Shown: in pieces, positions 1-9,402 of the stretch
How the letters are laid out: every line of letters begins with the position of its first letter
How positions within the stretch are numbered: the first letter of the stretch is position 1
Program-made: the position numbers and the translations under genes
Assembly: GCA_965205865.1 (NCBI GenBank)
Contig: CBDBHR010000029.1
Coordinates: 192,001 to 256,000 of the forward strand
Reading direction: 5' to 3'
Source of the DNA: a bacterium
Lineage (GTDB): Bacteria; SAR324; NAC60-12
DNA length: 64,000 nucleotides
Notes under the pieces: generated by a model
The model's database searches: none
Seen by the model: the letters and a program-made list of their open reading frames with translations, nothing else
What the model was told of the DNA's origin: nothing

Positions 1-605
1 ATTTCACGAAGGAAATTCAGGTCCAGGATGAGTTCCTGGTCCCTGCGGCTGCGCAGGTAATCAAGCAACTCGTCCACCACGAGAAGCAGACCATGGTCCG
101 GGAACTCCCGGTGGAAAGCAGACATCATTTCTTCAAAGGACGGTTTGTTGTTGGACACCTGTTCGGCAGAGGGGAAGCCATAGTTCACGCCCATTGCCGT
201 GAGATGCTCTTCCAACTCGGCTACGAGGATGTCCCGCAGGGACATGGTGGTGGCTCCGATCTCGGTACGGATCACCTTGAAGCGGCCAGCGATTTTTCCG
301 GCAGCGTTCGCTACTTCGGTGTTGTTGAGGCTGGCGGCAAGGTCAGGGTTCTCAGCGAACCCGGAAATCGCCGACAAGAGGTGGGACTTACCGGTGCCGT
401 AGTTGCCGACCACCAGCAGGCCTTTGTTGTCGGTGGGCTGCTCGAATTGCAACTGGGGGATAACCAGCTGCGCCAGTTTTTCCGCCATCTCCTCGGAGAT
501 AACGTAGGTTTCGACAAGCCGTCGGACTGCAGTCGCCTCGTTGGCATCTCGCAGTTGGACGACAGACTCGATGGGCTCGAAGCGGATCAGGTCACCGTAT
601 TTCAT
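1..605 (-). CDS. brxC: BREX type 3 ATPase BrxC/PglY-like (DUF6079 family), 5' part; runs off window edge
   Basis: Manual translation from ATG at 605: [22 protein letters not shown]...[18 protein letters not shown] (Walker A)...[16 protein letters not shown] (Walker B). Lies directly downstream of brxF. Not in the ORF track because it is truncated. Confidence 0.85.
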   Translation of the reverse strand, partial: MKYGDLIRFEPIESVVQLRDANEATAVRRLVETYVISEEMAEKLAQLVIPQLQFEQPTDNKGLLVVGNYGTGKSHLLSAISGFAENPDLAASLNNTEVANAAGKIAGRFKVIRTEIGATTMSLRDILVAELEEHLTAMGVNYGFPSAEQVSNNKPSFEEMMSAFHREFPDHGLLLVVDELLDYLRSRRDQELILDLNFLRE

Positions 606-639
606 CACGTCTGCTCTCTGGCAATTGAATTTGCCGTCT

Positions 640-1116
640 TCAAATCGTCAACTGTGGACTTATCACTAAAAAATCGCGCACCGGATAGCGTCTGTACTCC
701 GCATGCGCGGGAGAGGCATAGGTTAAAAATTCTTCAACGACAGCGCCGTTCCAGGCGACCACCACGGTCTTGTTGCGGGAGAGGCCCTGGAGCAGACGCA
801 GCGGATCCTGTTTCAGGCCGACGTCGAAGATGATTTCAACGTTGTCGAGCAGGATCATCTCTTCACCGACATTGCCGACGATCTCACGAAGAAGCCGGGG
901 CAACCGCAAGGCTCGCTGGCGCTCGGTCAGTTCCAGCATCCGGCGGGAAAGCTCGAGGTTTACGTTCACCAGGGGCGCTCCGCTGCGATCCCGCACGTCC
1001 CGCAATGCAGTGGTTTTGCCGGCGCCCGCCCGCGCGACGACCACTACCAGCCGGTGATATAATCCGGCAGCCTGCTTGACCTTTCGCATGATTTGGTCGG
1101 CAAGGGGGTCCACCAT
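640..1116 (-). CDS. brxF: BREX-3 system P-loop protein BrxF
   Basis: ~158 aa; [17 protein letters not shown]-loop, [35 protein letters not shown] and HAEYRRY motifs typical of BrxF; followed by DUF6079 ATPase. Alternative GTG start at 1119. Confidence 0.88.
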   Translation of the reverse strand: MVDPLADQIMRKVKQAAGLYHRLVVVVARAGAGKTTALRDVRDRSGAPLVNVNLELSRRMLELTERQRALRLPRLLREIVGNVGEEMILLDNVEIIFDVGLKQDPLRLLQGLSRNKTVVVAWNGAVVEEFLTYASPAHAEYRRYPVRDFLVISPQLTI

Positions 1117-1553
1117 CACTCTTCTGCTTTGGATTTTGCTTCTTCAGCCCGAGTTTCGTCCAAACACCGGTCTGTGGCTTCTTCCTTTCCCTTGCTCACG
1201 GAGGAAACCGCTTCTTTTGGCTCAGGTCTTGAAGAAGAGTCACCGGTTTTTTCAATGGCATCGGCCATTGCGTCTATTTTAGGCGTTGACGACCAATCAT
1301 AGGGTAGCTGGAAACCATCTTTGACTTCTTTTAAATCGCTTTCTATCGAGTTTTTAATGTCTTTTAAATGGGTTTCTTCAGCAACCTTATCCATCTCATC
1401 CTGAACAGTTTGTTTGATTTCATTGCTCGTCCGCTTGAACTCCGCCAGACCTCGCCCGAGAGAACGCAAAAAACCAGGAAATTTTTGCGGACCAATCACG
1501 ACCAGGGCAATCGCTAAAATAATTATCAATTCAGGCATGCCGATGCCAAACAT
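1116..1553 (-). CDS. tatB: Twin-arginine translocase TatA/TatB family subunit (length suggests TatB)
   Basis: MFGIGMPELIIILAIALVVIGPQKFPG...LGRGLAEFKR N-terminus followed by a long charged tail. Confidence 0.8.
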   Translation of the reverse strand: MFGIGMPELIIILAIALVVIGPQKFPGFLRSLGRGLAEFKRTSNEIKQTVQDEMDKVAEETHLKDIKNSIESDLKEVKDGFQLPYDWSSTPKIDAMADAIEKTGDSSSRPEPKEAVSSVSKGKEEATDRCLDETRAEEAKSKAEE

Positions 1554-1759
1554 AACATTCCTTGAACTGGCGCGAGACAAGATGATGATTTAAATTCCAG
1601 ACTCTATCTTGAATTCAGGGAAAAATAAAGCACCTATCGTAAGTAATCATGATTTCCGCAAGATTCCAGCAAACCTGAAAAAGATTTGTGTTTTTTCACA
1701 TTCAAAAATACTAATGAGGACAGGTGGCATGTTACAGCGATTTTCCGGAGAGTGTCCCA

Positions 1760-3271
1760 ATGACTGCAAAAATCAAGATCCCTCTGATCGAAAAGGCGGC
1801 TTCGTACGGGGACAAAACCGCCATTGTCGACCAGCAGGGCAAACATAGTTACGAAAAATTATTGAAAGCCGCTCGAAGGACGGCATCCGTGTTGCTTGCC
1901 GGTGACGATGACTTGAAGGAAAGGCGAGTCGCTTTCCTGGTTCCCTCCGGTTTTGATTATGTGATGGTTCAATGGGGAATTTGGCTGGCCGGTGGCATTG
2001 CGGTTCCGCTTTGTCTTTCCCATCCTTTTCCTGAATTGGAATATGTCCTGGCAAATTCCGAAGCCGATCTTCTGGTCGGGCACGAGCAGTTCCGTGGTAG
2101 CGCGCAAGCTCTTGCTCGAAAATTTGCAGTGAAGTCAGTTTTTATCCGGGATCTCAAAGCAGATCAAGAGATACAGCTACCCGCGGTCCATTCGAATCGC
2201 AAGGCGATGATTCTGTATACCAGCGGCACCACCAGTCGTCCCAAAGGTGTTGTGACCACGCACGGTATCATTTCCGCGCAAATCGAGTGTCTGATCGATG
2301 CCTGGGGTTGGCGGGACAATGATTATATTTTGCATGTCCTCCCGCTCCATCATGTCCATGGGATCATCAACGTCCTCTCATGCGCACTGTGGAGCGGAGC
2401 CACTTGCGAGATTTTGCCCAAATTTGATGCTGAAACAGTTTGGCATAAATTCTTCAATGAACCATTCACGTTGTTTATGGCCGTCCCTACGATTTACGTC
2501 AAATTGATCGCATACTGGCAGGAAGCGTCTGCAAGAGATCAGCAGCGATTCTCTTCAGCCTGCGCCAAATTGCGTTTGATGGTTTCCGGTTCGGCAGCTT
2601 TGCCGGTCCGTGTTTTTGAATCGTGGCGATTCATCAGCGGACACACTTTATTGGAGAGGTATGGCATGACCGAAATCGGAATGGCTCTTTCCAATCCTTT
2701 GCATGGGGAGCGCAGACCCGGCTACGTGGGGGTTCCTTTACCCGGGGTGACGGTGCGGCTGGTTGATGAAAAAGATAATGCGATCACGGAAGAAAGGGTT
2801 CCCGGGGAAATCCAAGCGCAAGGGAAAACTATTTTTGTGGAATACTGGAATGATCCTGACGCCACCCGGCAATCGTTCAGGAACAAATGGTTTTGCACGG
2901 GAGACACGGCGGTGATCGAAGAGGGATATTTTCGCATTTTGGGTAGGAATTCGGTCGACATCATCAAATCGGGAGGATTCAAAATTTCGGCCCTTGAAAT
3001 TGAGGATACCCTTCAGGAGCATCCGGCAATCAGCGAATGCTCCGTAGTCGGAAGCTCTGATTTGGAGTGGGGTGAGCGGGTTTCGGCAGCCGTTGTTTTG
3101 CAACCCGATGCCTCTCTATCGTTAGAAGCATTGAGAGAATGGGGGAAAACCCGTTTGGCGCCTTATAAGGTTCCCAGCCATTTATCGATTGTTGCAACTC
3201 TGCCACGCAATACAATGGGCAAAGTGATGAAACAGGAGGTCAAGCGGCTGTTTAGGGCTAGTACGTCCTGA
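1760..3271 (+). CDS. Acyl-CoA synthetase, malonyl-CoA synthetase (MatB/ACSF3)-like
   Basis: YTSGTTSRPKG AMP-binding motif, ERYGMTEIGMALSNPL, DIIKSGG, PRNTMGK; GGAG RBS before ATG 1760. Confidence 0.9.
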   Translation: MTAKIKIPLIEKAASYGDKTAIVDQQGKHSYEKLLKAARRTASVLLAGDDDLKERRVAFLVPSGFDYVMVQWGIWLAGGIAVPLCLSHPFPELEYVLANSEADLLVGHEQFRGSAQALARKFAVKSVFIRDLKADQEIQLPAVHSNRKAMILYTSGTTSRPKGVVTTHGIISAQIECLIDAWGWRDNDYILHVLPLHHVHGIINVLSCALWSGATCEILPKFDAETVWHKFFNEPFTLFMAVPTIYVKLIAYWQEASARDQQRFSSACAKLRLMVSGSAALPVRVFESWRFISGHTLLERYGMTEIGMALSNPLHGERRPGYVGVPLPGVTVRLVDEKDNAITEERVPGEIQAQGKTIFVEYWNDPDATRQSFRNKWFCTGDTAVIEEGYFRILGRNSVDIIKSGGFKISALEIEDTLQEHPAISECSVVGSSDLEWGERVSAAVVLQPDASLSLEALREWGKTRLAPYKVPSHLSIVATLPRNTMGKVMKQEVKRLFRASTS

Positions 3272-3289
3272 AAGTGCCGGCTGCGCTCC

Positions 3290-3922
3290 TCAACGTGTTT
3301 TTTCGGGATATTCACATTCCTGCGCAATCGGACATTGGAGACAGTCCGGTTTTCTGGCTTTGCATACGTAGCGGCCGTGCAGTACCAGATAATGATGGGC
3401 ATCTTTTTTCCATTTCCGGGGAATCACCTCCATCAGTTGTTCTTCCACTTTTTCCGGTATGTTTGCCGAAGCAAGGCCAATGCGGTTGGCAACCCTGAGG
3501 ACGTGGGTATCCACTGCAATGACAGCCTCGCCAAAAGCAGTGTTGAGGATGATATTGGCTGTTTTTCTTCCCACACCCGGCAATCCTTCCAGTTCCTCAC
3601 GATTGTGGGGCACGGAGCTGTCATGTTGCTCCGCCAGGATCCGGCTGGTTTTGACGATGTTCGCTGCTTTCGTCTTTGCCAACCCAATGGTTTTGATGAT
3701 TGCCAATACCACTCTCTCCCCCGCGTTTGTTAGATCTTGTGGTGTCGGATATTTTTCAAACAGGGTGGGGGTCACCAGATTTACCGACTTATCGGTTGCC
3801 TGCGCGCTGAGAATTACGGAGATTAAAAGCTCGAAAGGATTGCGGTGCCGCAATTCCGTGACGGGTTCCGGGATGGCTTTCTGCAATTTCTGAAACAAGC
3901 GATGGATTTTTCTATCATTCAT
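3290..3922 (-). CDS. nth: Endonuclease III
   Basis: LSAQATD, LPGVGRKTAN HhH, VDTHV, C-x6-C-x2-C-x5-C Fe-S motif. Confidence 0.97.
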   Translation of the reverse strand: MNDRKIHRLFQKLQKAIPEPVTELRHRNPFELLISVILSAQATDKSVNLVTPTLFEKYPTPQDLTNAGERVVLAIIKTIGLAKTKAANIVKTSRILAEQHDSSVPHNREELEGLPGVGRKTANIILNTAFGEAVIAVDTHVLRVANRIGLASANIPEKVEEQLMEVIPRKWKKDAHHYLVLHGRYVCKARKPDCLQCPIAQECEYPEKTR

Positions 3923-5324
3923 CAGGTGTTTCCAAGAATGTCTGATGGATCACTTGCAGAGCCTCGAGGGCATCCTCCTGCTTGATGACGCAGGAAATGT
4001 TGATCTCCGACGCGCCTTGCGTAATCATCTCGATATTGATGCTATTTCGAGCCAGGGCTGAGAACATCCTCCCTGCCACTCCAGGTACGCGTTTCATATT
4101 TTCACCCACCAGACTGAGGATGGCCCGGTCTGGAATGATCGTCACCTTGCCCAATTTACGGAGATCTTCTTCCATCTCCAACAATCCACTCTGACGGTCC
4201 ACAGTGCAAGAAATATTGACCTCCGAAGTCGATACCAGGTCGATCACGATTCGATGTTTCCTGAAGATCTCAAAAACTCTTGCCATGAACCCCGGAGAAT
4301 TCAGCATGCGGTTGGAATAGATGTTGATGACGGTGATATCACTCTTTGCCGTCACGGCAACTGCCGTCCGTTCCGGGCGGAGTTTCTGATATAAGGGCGT
4401 CGTGGCGACTTCCTGAGGTAGAATGACAGTTCCCGGTTTTTGCGGGGCAAAGGTATTTTTGATTCGAATGGGAACAGAACTCGCCATTGCGCATTCCATT
4501 GTGAAGGGATGCAGGACTTCCGAGCCAAAATAAGTCAATTCAGCAGCCTCATTGGGAAAAATATGATCAAGTACTTTTGCCGCCGGTACTTTGTTGGGGT
4601 CTGCCGTGAAGACGCCATCCACTTCCTTCCAAATCTGCAATTCCCTGGCACGGCAATGAGCGGCAATCAACGCCGCGGTGAAATCAGTGTAGCCACGGCC
4701 CACACCGGCAATGATTCCCTCAGTCACAAAACCAAAAAAACCTGTAACAACCGGAATTGTCCCTTGCTCCTCGGGTAGCTTTTGGGCGATGAGCCGCTGC
4801 AGCTTCACATTGAATTGCGGGTCAATCCCGTCCAGACCATGGGGTGCGATTTCCGATAGATTCACATAAACGCTCTCCATTCCCCACTCCTCTAAAATAC
4901 CGGAAAGGACCTGGGCCGACAAACGCTCTCCTGTGCCAACAATGAGATCTTGAGAACGAGGAGAAATTTCCCGGATCACATGGATAGCTTCCAAGAAAGA
5001 CTTCAAATGTTGGAGTTCTTCGTGGATATCCGTTTCCACTCTATCCCGCAATGCAACTGAATGTATGGACTGCTCCAAAACATCAAAATGAGTGTTTTCT
5101 ATAAGCTCTATTATTTTAGAATAGTCTTTTCCTCCAATGGAATTTTCTCCTGCCTGAAGAAGCCGGCTCGTGATCCCTTCAGATTTTTTGTAGGTGCTCA
5201 TGGCCGAAACAACGACGATGACCGAATGACGCTCGGCTGTTTGCCGGACGATGTTCGCAACCTGTTGCAGACGCTCTGCACGCCCTAAACTGGTTCCACC
5301 AAATTTTTGAACGATCAAAGACAT
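3915..5324 (-). CDS. lysC: Aspartate kinase with two ACT domains (fungal Hom3-like signatures)
   Basis: VQKFGGTS, GVGRGYTD, WKEVDGVFTADP, C-terminal ACT repeats (STSEVN, QGASEINISCV). Confidence 0.93.
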   Translation of the reverse strand: MSLIVQKFGGTSLGRAERLQQVANIVRQTAERHSVIVVVSAMSTYKKSEGITSRLLQAGENSIGGKDYSKIIELIENTHFDVLEQSIHSVALRDRVETDIHEELQHLKSFLEAIHVIREISPRSQDLIVGTGERLSAQVLSGILEEWGMESVYVNLSEIAPHGLDGIDPQFNVKLQRLIAQKLPEEQGTIPVVTGFFGFVTEGIIAGVGRGYTDFTAALIAAHCRARELQIWKEVDGVFTADPNKVPAAKVLDHIFPNEAAELTYFGSEVLHPFTMECAMASSVPIRIKNTFAPQKPGTVILPQEVATTPLYQKLRPERTAVAVTAKSDITVINIYSNRMLNSPGFMARVFEIFRKHRIVIDLVSTSEVNISCTVDRQSGLLEMEEDLRKLGKVTIIPDRAILSLVGENMKRVPGVAGRMFSALARNSINIEMITQGASEINISCVIKQEDALEALQVIHQTFLETPDE

Positions 5325-5450
5325 GGAATGCGCAGTATTATGGAGTAAGGATTTTGAATTGACTCTGCAGCGGAAAAGATTAAACCTGCAATTATTACCA
5401 TTTCTTCATGGTTTTGAAAAGTGTTTATCCACCTTGCTCCACGGGGACAA

Positions 5451-6062
5451 ATGGAGGAGAAGCCACTTCCGATGATTGCACTCACAGGAGGGATTGCTTC
5501 CGGGAAAAGCACTGTTGCGGAATATTTGAGAAAACAGGGCTTTCATGTGATTGACGCAGACAAGTTGGGTCACCGGGTTCTGGAGTGCGGACAACCTTCC
5601 TACCATAAAATCGTTGAAACATTTGGGGAGGAAATCTTGAATCAAGACGCATCGATCAATCGCCGGATATTGGGAAACATTGTTTTCAACAATCCCCGTA
5701 AATTGAAAAAACTGAATCAGATCTCCCATCCCTTGATCAGGAGCATGATATCGGAAGAAATGGAAGAATTCGCTTCGCATTCCAGAGCAGGTTTGATATT
5801 TTTGGAAGCAGCGCTCTTGCAGGAAACCAATTTTATTACCAGGTTTCAGCAAATATGGGTCGTGGAAACAAATCCGGCCATTGCCATGGCTCGTTTGGGC
5901 CGGCGGAATCAATTCACGCCTGAAGAAGCAAAAGCGCGCCTGAACGCCCAACTGAACAACGAAGCCCGCCGCAAGCAAGCGGACGTTGTGATTGAAAATA
6001 ACGGCTCACTGCCAGCTTTGCATCAGCAAGTGGACGCAATATTGACGAAAATGGCGCTTTAG
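5451..6062 (+). CDS. coaE: Dephospho-CoA kinase
   Basis: IALTGGIASGKSTV, VIDADKLGH, LNQISHPLIR, ADVVIENNG. Confidence 0.95.
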   Translation: MEEKPLPMIALTGGIASGKSTVAEYLRKQGFHVIDADKLGHRVLECGQPSYHKIVETFGEEILNQDASINRRILGNIVFNNPRKLKKLNQISHPLIRSMISEEMEEFASHSRAGLIFLEAALLQETNFITRFQQIWVVETNPAIAMARLGRRNQFTPEEAKARLNAQLNNEARRKQADVVIENNGSLPALHQQVDAILTKMAL

Positions 6063-6071
6063 AAACCTGGA

Positions 6072-7076
6072 ATGCTTTCCACTACTCTCATCGTTGATGA
6101 ATTTGCAAGAAGAGGTAGAGTGGGCTTGTTCTGGAAAAAAATCGCCCCCCGTTTCATGGACCAAATGGCGCCTGCCCGCCTCTTGCAGACCCATTCGGAA
6201 AATTCAGTGTCAAGTCTGGTTGAAAATGCGGTGCAAGGAGGAGCAAAGAAGATTATCCTGATTGGAGACCAACGCAGTCATTTTGTGGGAATCAACTCTT
6301 TGATGCGCCTTCCACAAGAAATACGCAATAAAATGGCAATTGGCTTTTGGCCACTCCGGGACTGGGACATGCTGGTCTATTCTGCGAATCCAAGGGGGTG
6401 TTTGGAATCCGTTGCCCGGATTTTTAAAGCAGGCCATACCTGTCCTGTTGATTTGGGGAAAGTGGAATTGATCCGTGATGATCAAACACCTCATGTCTTG
6501 TATTTTTGGGGACAATGTGATTTCTCATACGTGGAAGACGTGGGGAACCCGGTTGCTTCGCCACTTTTTCTCACGCGTTTAATCCCATTTCACATCCCGG
6601 TGCAGGGGTATTTGCAGACGGAGTACCAGAGTTTTCATGGCAGTGGTGGATTGAATGTCCGCATTGGGGTACATCCAAACAGGCTTCATTCCCTCCACGC
6701 GCTTCCTGAGGATTTGAAAAAAACCCAAAAATTTCTCCTACTCTGGCAGCAAGGGATCTCTTATCGAGGCCACTGGATTCGCTATCCCTGGTCAACCCTG
6801 GGAATAAAGCATCAAGGATTGGCCCAGACTGCGCGGAAAAGTTGTTTGATAGTCAAGTTTCAAGCAACAAACGATCCACTGTCTTTGAGATTGGATGAAC
6901 AGCGGCACCGCTGTACCAACGCTACTTTTGAAATTGCTCGTAATGCCCTGCCTGTCATTACTAAAATGGTTCCCGCAGCTTTACCGGAAACCGCCCAAAG
7001 CGTGCCTTCCGCGATCAAACTTGGAGGTGCAATGACAAACTGGAAAACCTCGCGAAAAACTGATTGGTTCCAATAA
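6072..7076 (+). CDS. Divergent diacylglycerol/lipid kinase (YegS/DAGK)-fold protein with degenerate ATP-binding motifs
   Basis: Layout matches DAGK family (IILIGD..., IGFWPL..., PVDLGKV, LRLDE), but GGDGT and PxGTxN are replaced; 334-aa ORF starting 9 bp after coaE. Confidence 0.55.
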   Translation: MLSTTLIVDEFARRGRVGLFWKKIAPRFMDQMAPARLLQTHSENSVSSLVENAVQGGAKKIILIGDQRSHFVGINSLMRLPQEIRNKMAIGFWPLRDWDMLVYSANPRGCLESVARIFKAGHTCPVDLGKVELIRDDQTPHVLYFWGQCDFSYVEDVGNPVASPLFLTRLIPFHIPVQGYLQTEYQSFHGSGGLNVRIGVHPNRLHSLHALPEDLKKTQKFLLLWQQGISYRGHWIRYPWSTLGIKHQGLAQTARKSCLIVKFQATNDPLSLRLDEQRHRCTNATFEIARNALPVITKMVPAALPETAQSVPSAIKLGGAMTNWKTSRKTDWFQ

Positions 7077-7237
7077 GAAGGGGGAGACTGACCAAATTGA
7101 GTAGCGGGAGCGATGCCTGAATGGCTTGTGCGGCTGCAAGCGTAAAAGGCAGACCGTTCTGAATGATCTTTAAACGGCCGGCCTGAGAATACAATTCAGC
7201 AAAAGGACAGCGCGGAATATGATTAACAAAGGGTGGT

Positions 7238-7717
7238 TTATTTCCCATACCCTGTTGCCTTATTTTCTTGGGAGACGCCTTCCAACAATTTCGAGTCCTT
7301 GGCGGGCAGTTTTTTGGGATCTTTGTTGTTGGATTTTCCTTCCACCGAAATCAGTTTTTTCGGAGCTTCATAGGTGAAGCACTGTCCTTCGATCACAGCG
7401 CCTTCATGGATGATCAGTTTCCCGGGAGGATTGGAGACGTTGCCCACAATGTGTCCTTCCGCAAGCACCTCCAATTGGTCCCTGGCAAACAAACTCCCTT
7501 CCACTCTACCATTGACCAACACTCGCTCCGCATGGATTGTTGCCATAATGGTGGCGGAGGGGCCGATTGTCACTTCATTCTGGCAGTCGATATCGCCATG
7601 AACTTCTCCATCAATACGAATCGCGCCCGAACACCGAAGTTTCCCTTCGATCTTCATCCCGTCGCCAACATAAGTGGTGTTGGCGTTACTGATTGTCTTT
7701 CTTTTATTAGCAAACAA
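7238..7717 (-). CDS. Bactofilin (polymer-forming cytoskeletal protein)
   Basis: TYVGDGMKIEGKL..IRIDGEVHGDI..VNGRVEG..IHEGAVIEGQC beta-helix repeats; TTG start. Confidence 0.92.
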   Translation of the reverse strand: MFANKRKTISNANTTYVGDGMKIEGKLRCSGAIRIDGEVHGDIDCQNEVTIGPSATIMATIHAERVLVNGRVEGSLFARDQLEVLAEGHIVGNVSNPPGKLIIHEGAVIEGQCFTYEAPKKLISVEGKSNNKDPKKLPAKDSKLLEGVSQENKATGYGK

Positions 7718-7965
7718 GATTGTCTCCTATTCAAAATCGAATGTATAAAGAAGGCCTCTCCTATCCTTGGAAGAGATTGAATACCTTCATTATAATTTTA
7801 TACCTGAGATGACAGACAATATGCAAACTTCTTTTTGTTCGAAACGCCGACTTTCTCGCAGCGTCGGATTTTTCCAGGGGGGAAACCTTGAGGATGGGGA
7901 AAAAGCATGTTAAGACATTGCTATCGAATTTCAATACAAACCATGTCGACGGAGTTTGCAGCATC

Positions 7966-9402
7966 ATGGCAAAAAATATCACGCGGAGGGTCGAAAATTA
8001 TTCCCAATGGTATCTGGACGTAATCAAAGCCGGACAACTGGCTGATTATGCTCCAGTCAAAGGATGTATGGTGATTCGTCCGACAGGTTATGCGCTGTGG
8101 GAAGCCATGCAGGCGCAGTTGGATCGAATGTTCAAGAAAACCGGACATGTCAATGCGTATTTCCCTTTATTGATTCCACAAAGTTTTTTGGAAAAAGAAG
8201 CAGACCACGTGGAAGGGTTCAGTCCGGAATGCGCCGTGGTCACGCACGGTGGTGGCCGGGAACTCGAGGAGGCTTTAGTGGTGCGCCCCACTTCGGAAAC
8301 CGTAATCGGCCATATGTATTCCCAGTGGATCAATAGTTATCGGGATTTACCGCTATTGATCAATCAATGGTGTAATGTGATGCGTTGGGAAATGCGTACC
8401 CGTTTGTTCCTGAGAACCTCGGAATTTTTGTGGCAGGAAGGACATACCGCCCATGAAACGTATGAAGAAGCCCAGGAAGAAACCCTGAAGATGTTGGAAA
8501 TCTATCGAAAATTCCAGGAAGAGTATCTGGCCATTCCGGTTATCAAGGGACAAAAGACGGATTCCGAAAAATTCCCCGGCGCTGACGCGACCTACACTGT
8601 GGAAGCCATGATGCAGGACGGCAAAGCGTTGCAGGCTGGCACTTCGCATAATATGAGGCAAAATTTTGCAAGAGCATTCGATATCCGGTTTTTGGGACGC
8701 GACAACGAACGGCAGCATGCTTATACGACAAGTTGGGGTTGTTCCACCCGCATGATTGGCGGTCTGATCATGACACACGGCGACGATGATGGTTTGATCA
8801 TTCCTCCCCGGATTGCGCCGGTTGCGGTGGCAATTGTTCCTATTATCACCAAGGAAGAAGACAAAGGTCCCGTTGTTGAATTTGCCGAATCCCTGCGCAA
8901 GCGTCTTGCCGAGCACATTGATCCCTTGCGTATTAAATTGGATCTGCGGGATCTGCGGCCTGCCGAAAAATTTTTTCACTGGGTGCAGCAGGGGGTTCCA
9001 CTGCGCATCGAAATTGGACCGCGAGATGTAAAAAATGCAGTGGGGATGCTGGTCCGGCGTGACAATCGCGAAAAACAGCCTGTCCCTCTGGAAACGATTG
9101 AAGCAACCGTGATGACTACGCTGGATGCAATCCAGCATGCGCTCTACCAGACTGCAATGAGATTTCATGAAGATAATACGACTTCGGTGAGCAGCTACGA
9201 GGAATTCAAGGAAGTACTGAATAACAAAGGAGGATTTATCCGTGCGCATTGGAATGGATCTTCCGCGGTGGAAGCGCAAATCAAGGAAGAGACCAAAGCT
9301 ACCATCCGCTGCATCCCGCTGGAGGAAGACCCACTACCGGGGTCTTGTATTTTCACTGGAGAACTATCCGCGCAGGAAGTTATTTTTGCTATTGCCTATT
9401 GA
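7966..9402 (+). CDS. proS: Proline--tRNA ligase, archaeal/eukaryotic type
   Basis: NYSQWYLDVI, VRPTSET, RWEMRTRLFLRTSEFLWQEGHTAH, LQAGTSH, ATIRCIP, C-terminal Y. Confidence 0.97.
   Translation: MAKNITRRVENYSQWYLDVIKAGQLADYAPVKGCMVIRPTGYALWEAMQAQLDRMFKKTGHVNAYFPLLIPQSFLEKEADHVEGFSPECAVVTHGGGRELEEALVVRPTSETVIGHMYSQWINSYRDLPLLINQWCNVMRWEMRTRLFLRTSEFLWQEGHTAHETYEEAQEETLKMLEIYRKFQEEYLAIPVIKGQKTDSEKFPGADATYTVEAMMQDGKALQAGTSHNMRQNFARAFDIRFLGRDNERQHAYTTSWGCSTRMIGGLIMTHGDDDGLIIPPRIAPVAVAIVPIITKEEDKGPVVEFAESLRKRLAEHIDPLRIKLDLRDLRPAEKFFHWVQQGVPLRIEIGPRDVKNAVGMLVRRDNREKQPVPLETIEATVMTTLDAIQHALYQTAMRFHEDNTTSVSSYEEFKEVLNNKGGFIRAHWNGSSAVEAQIKEETKATIRCIPLEEDPLPGSCIFTGELSAQEVIFAIAY

Noticed and set aside
93-833. 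246-aa + strand ORF
   Set aside because: Antisense shadow of brxC/brxF; no recognisable motifs
7015-7248. 77-aa ORF overlapping the bactofilin stop
   Set aside because: No recognisable motif and it overlaps the convergent gene; cannot be supported
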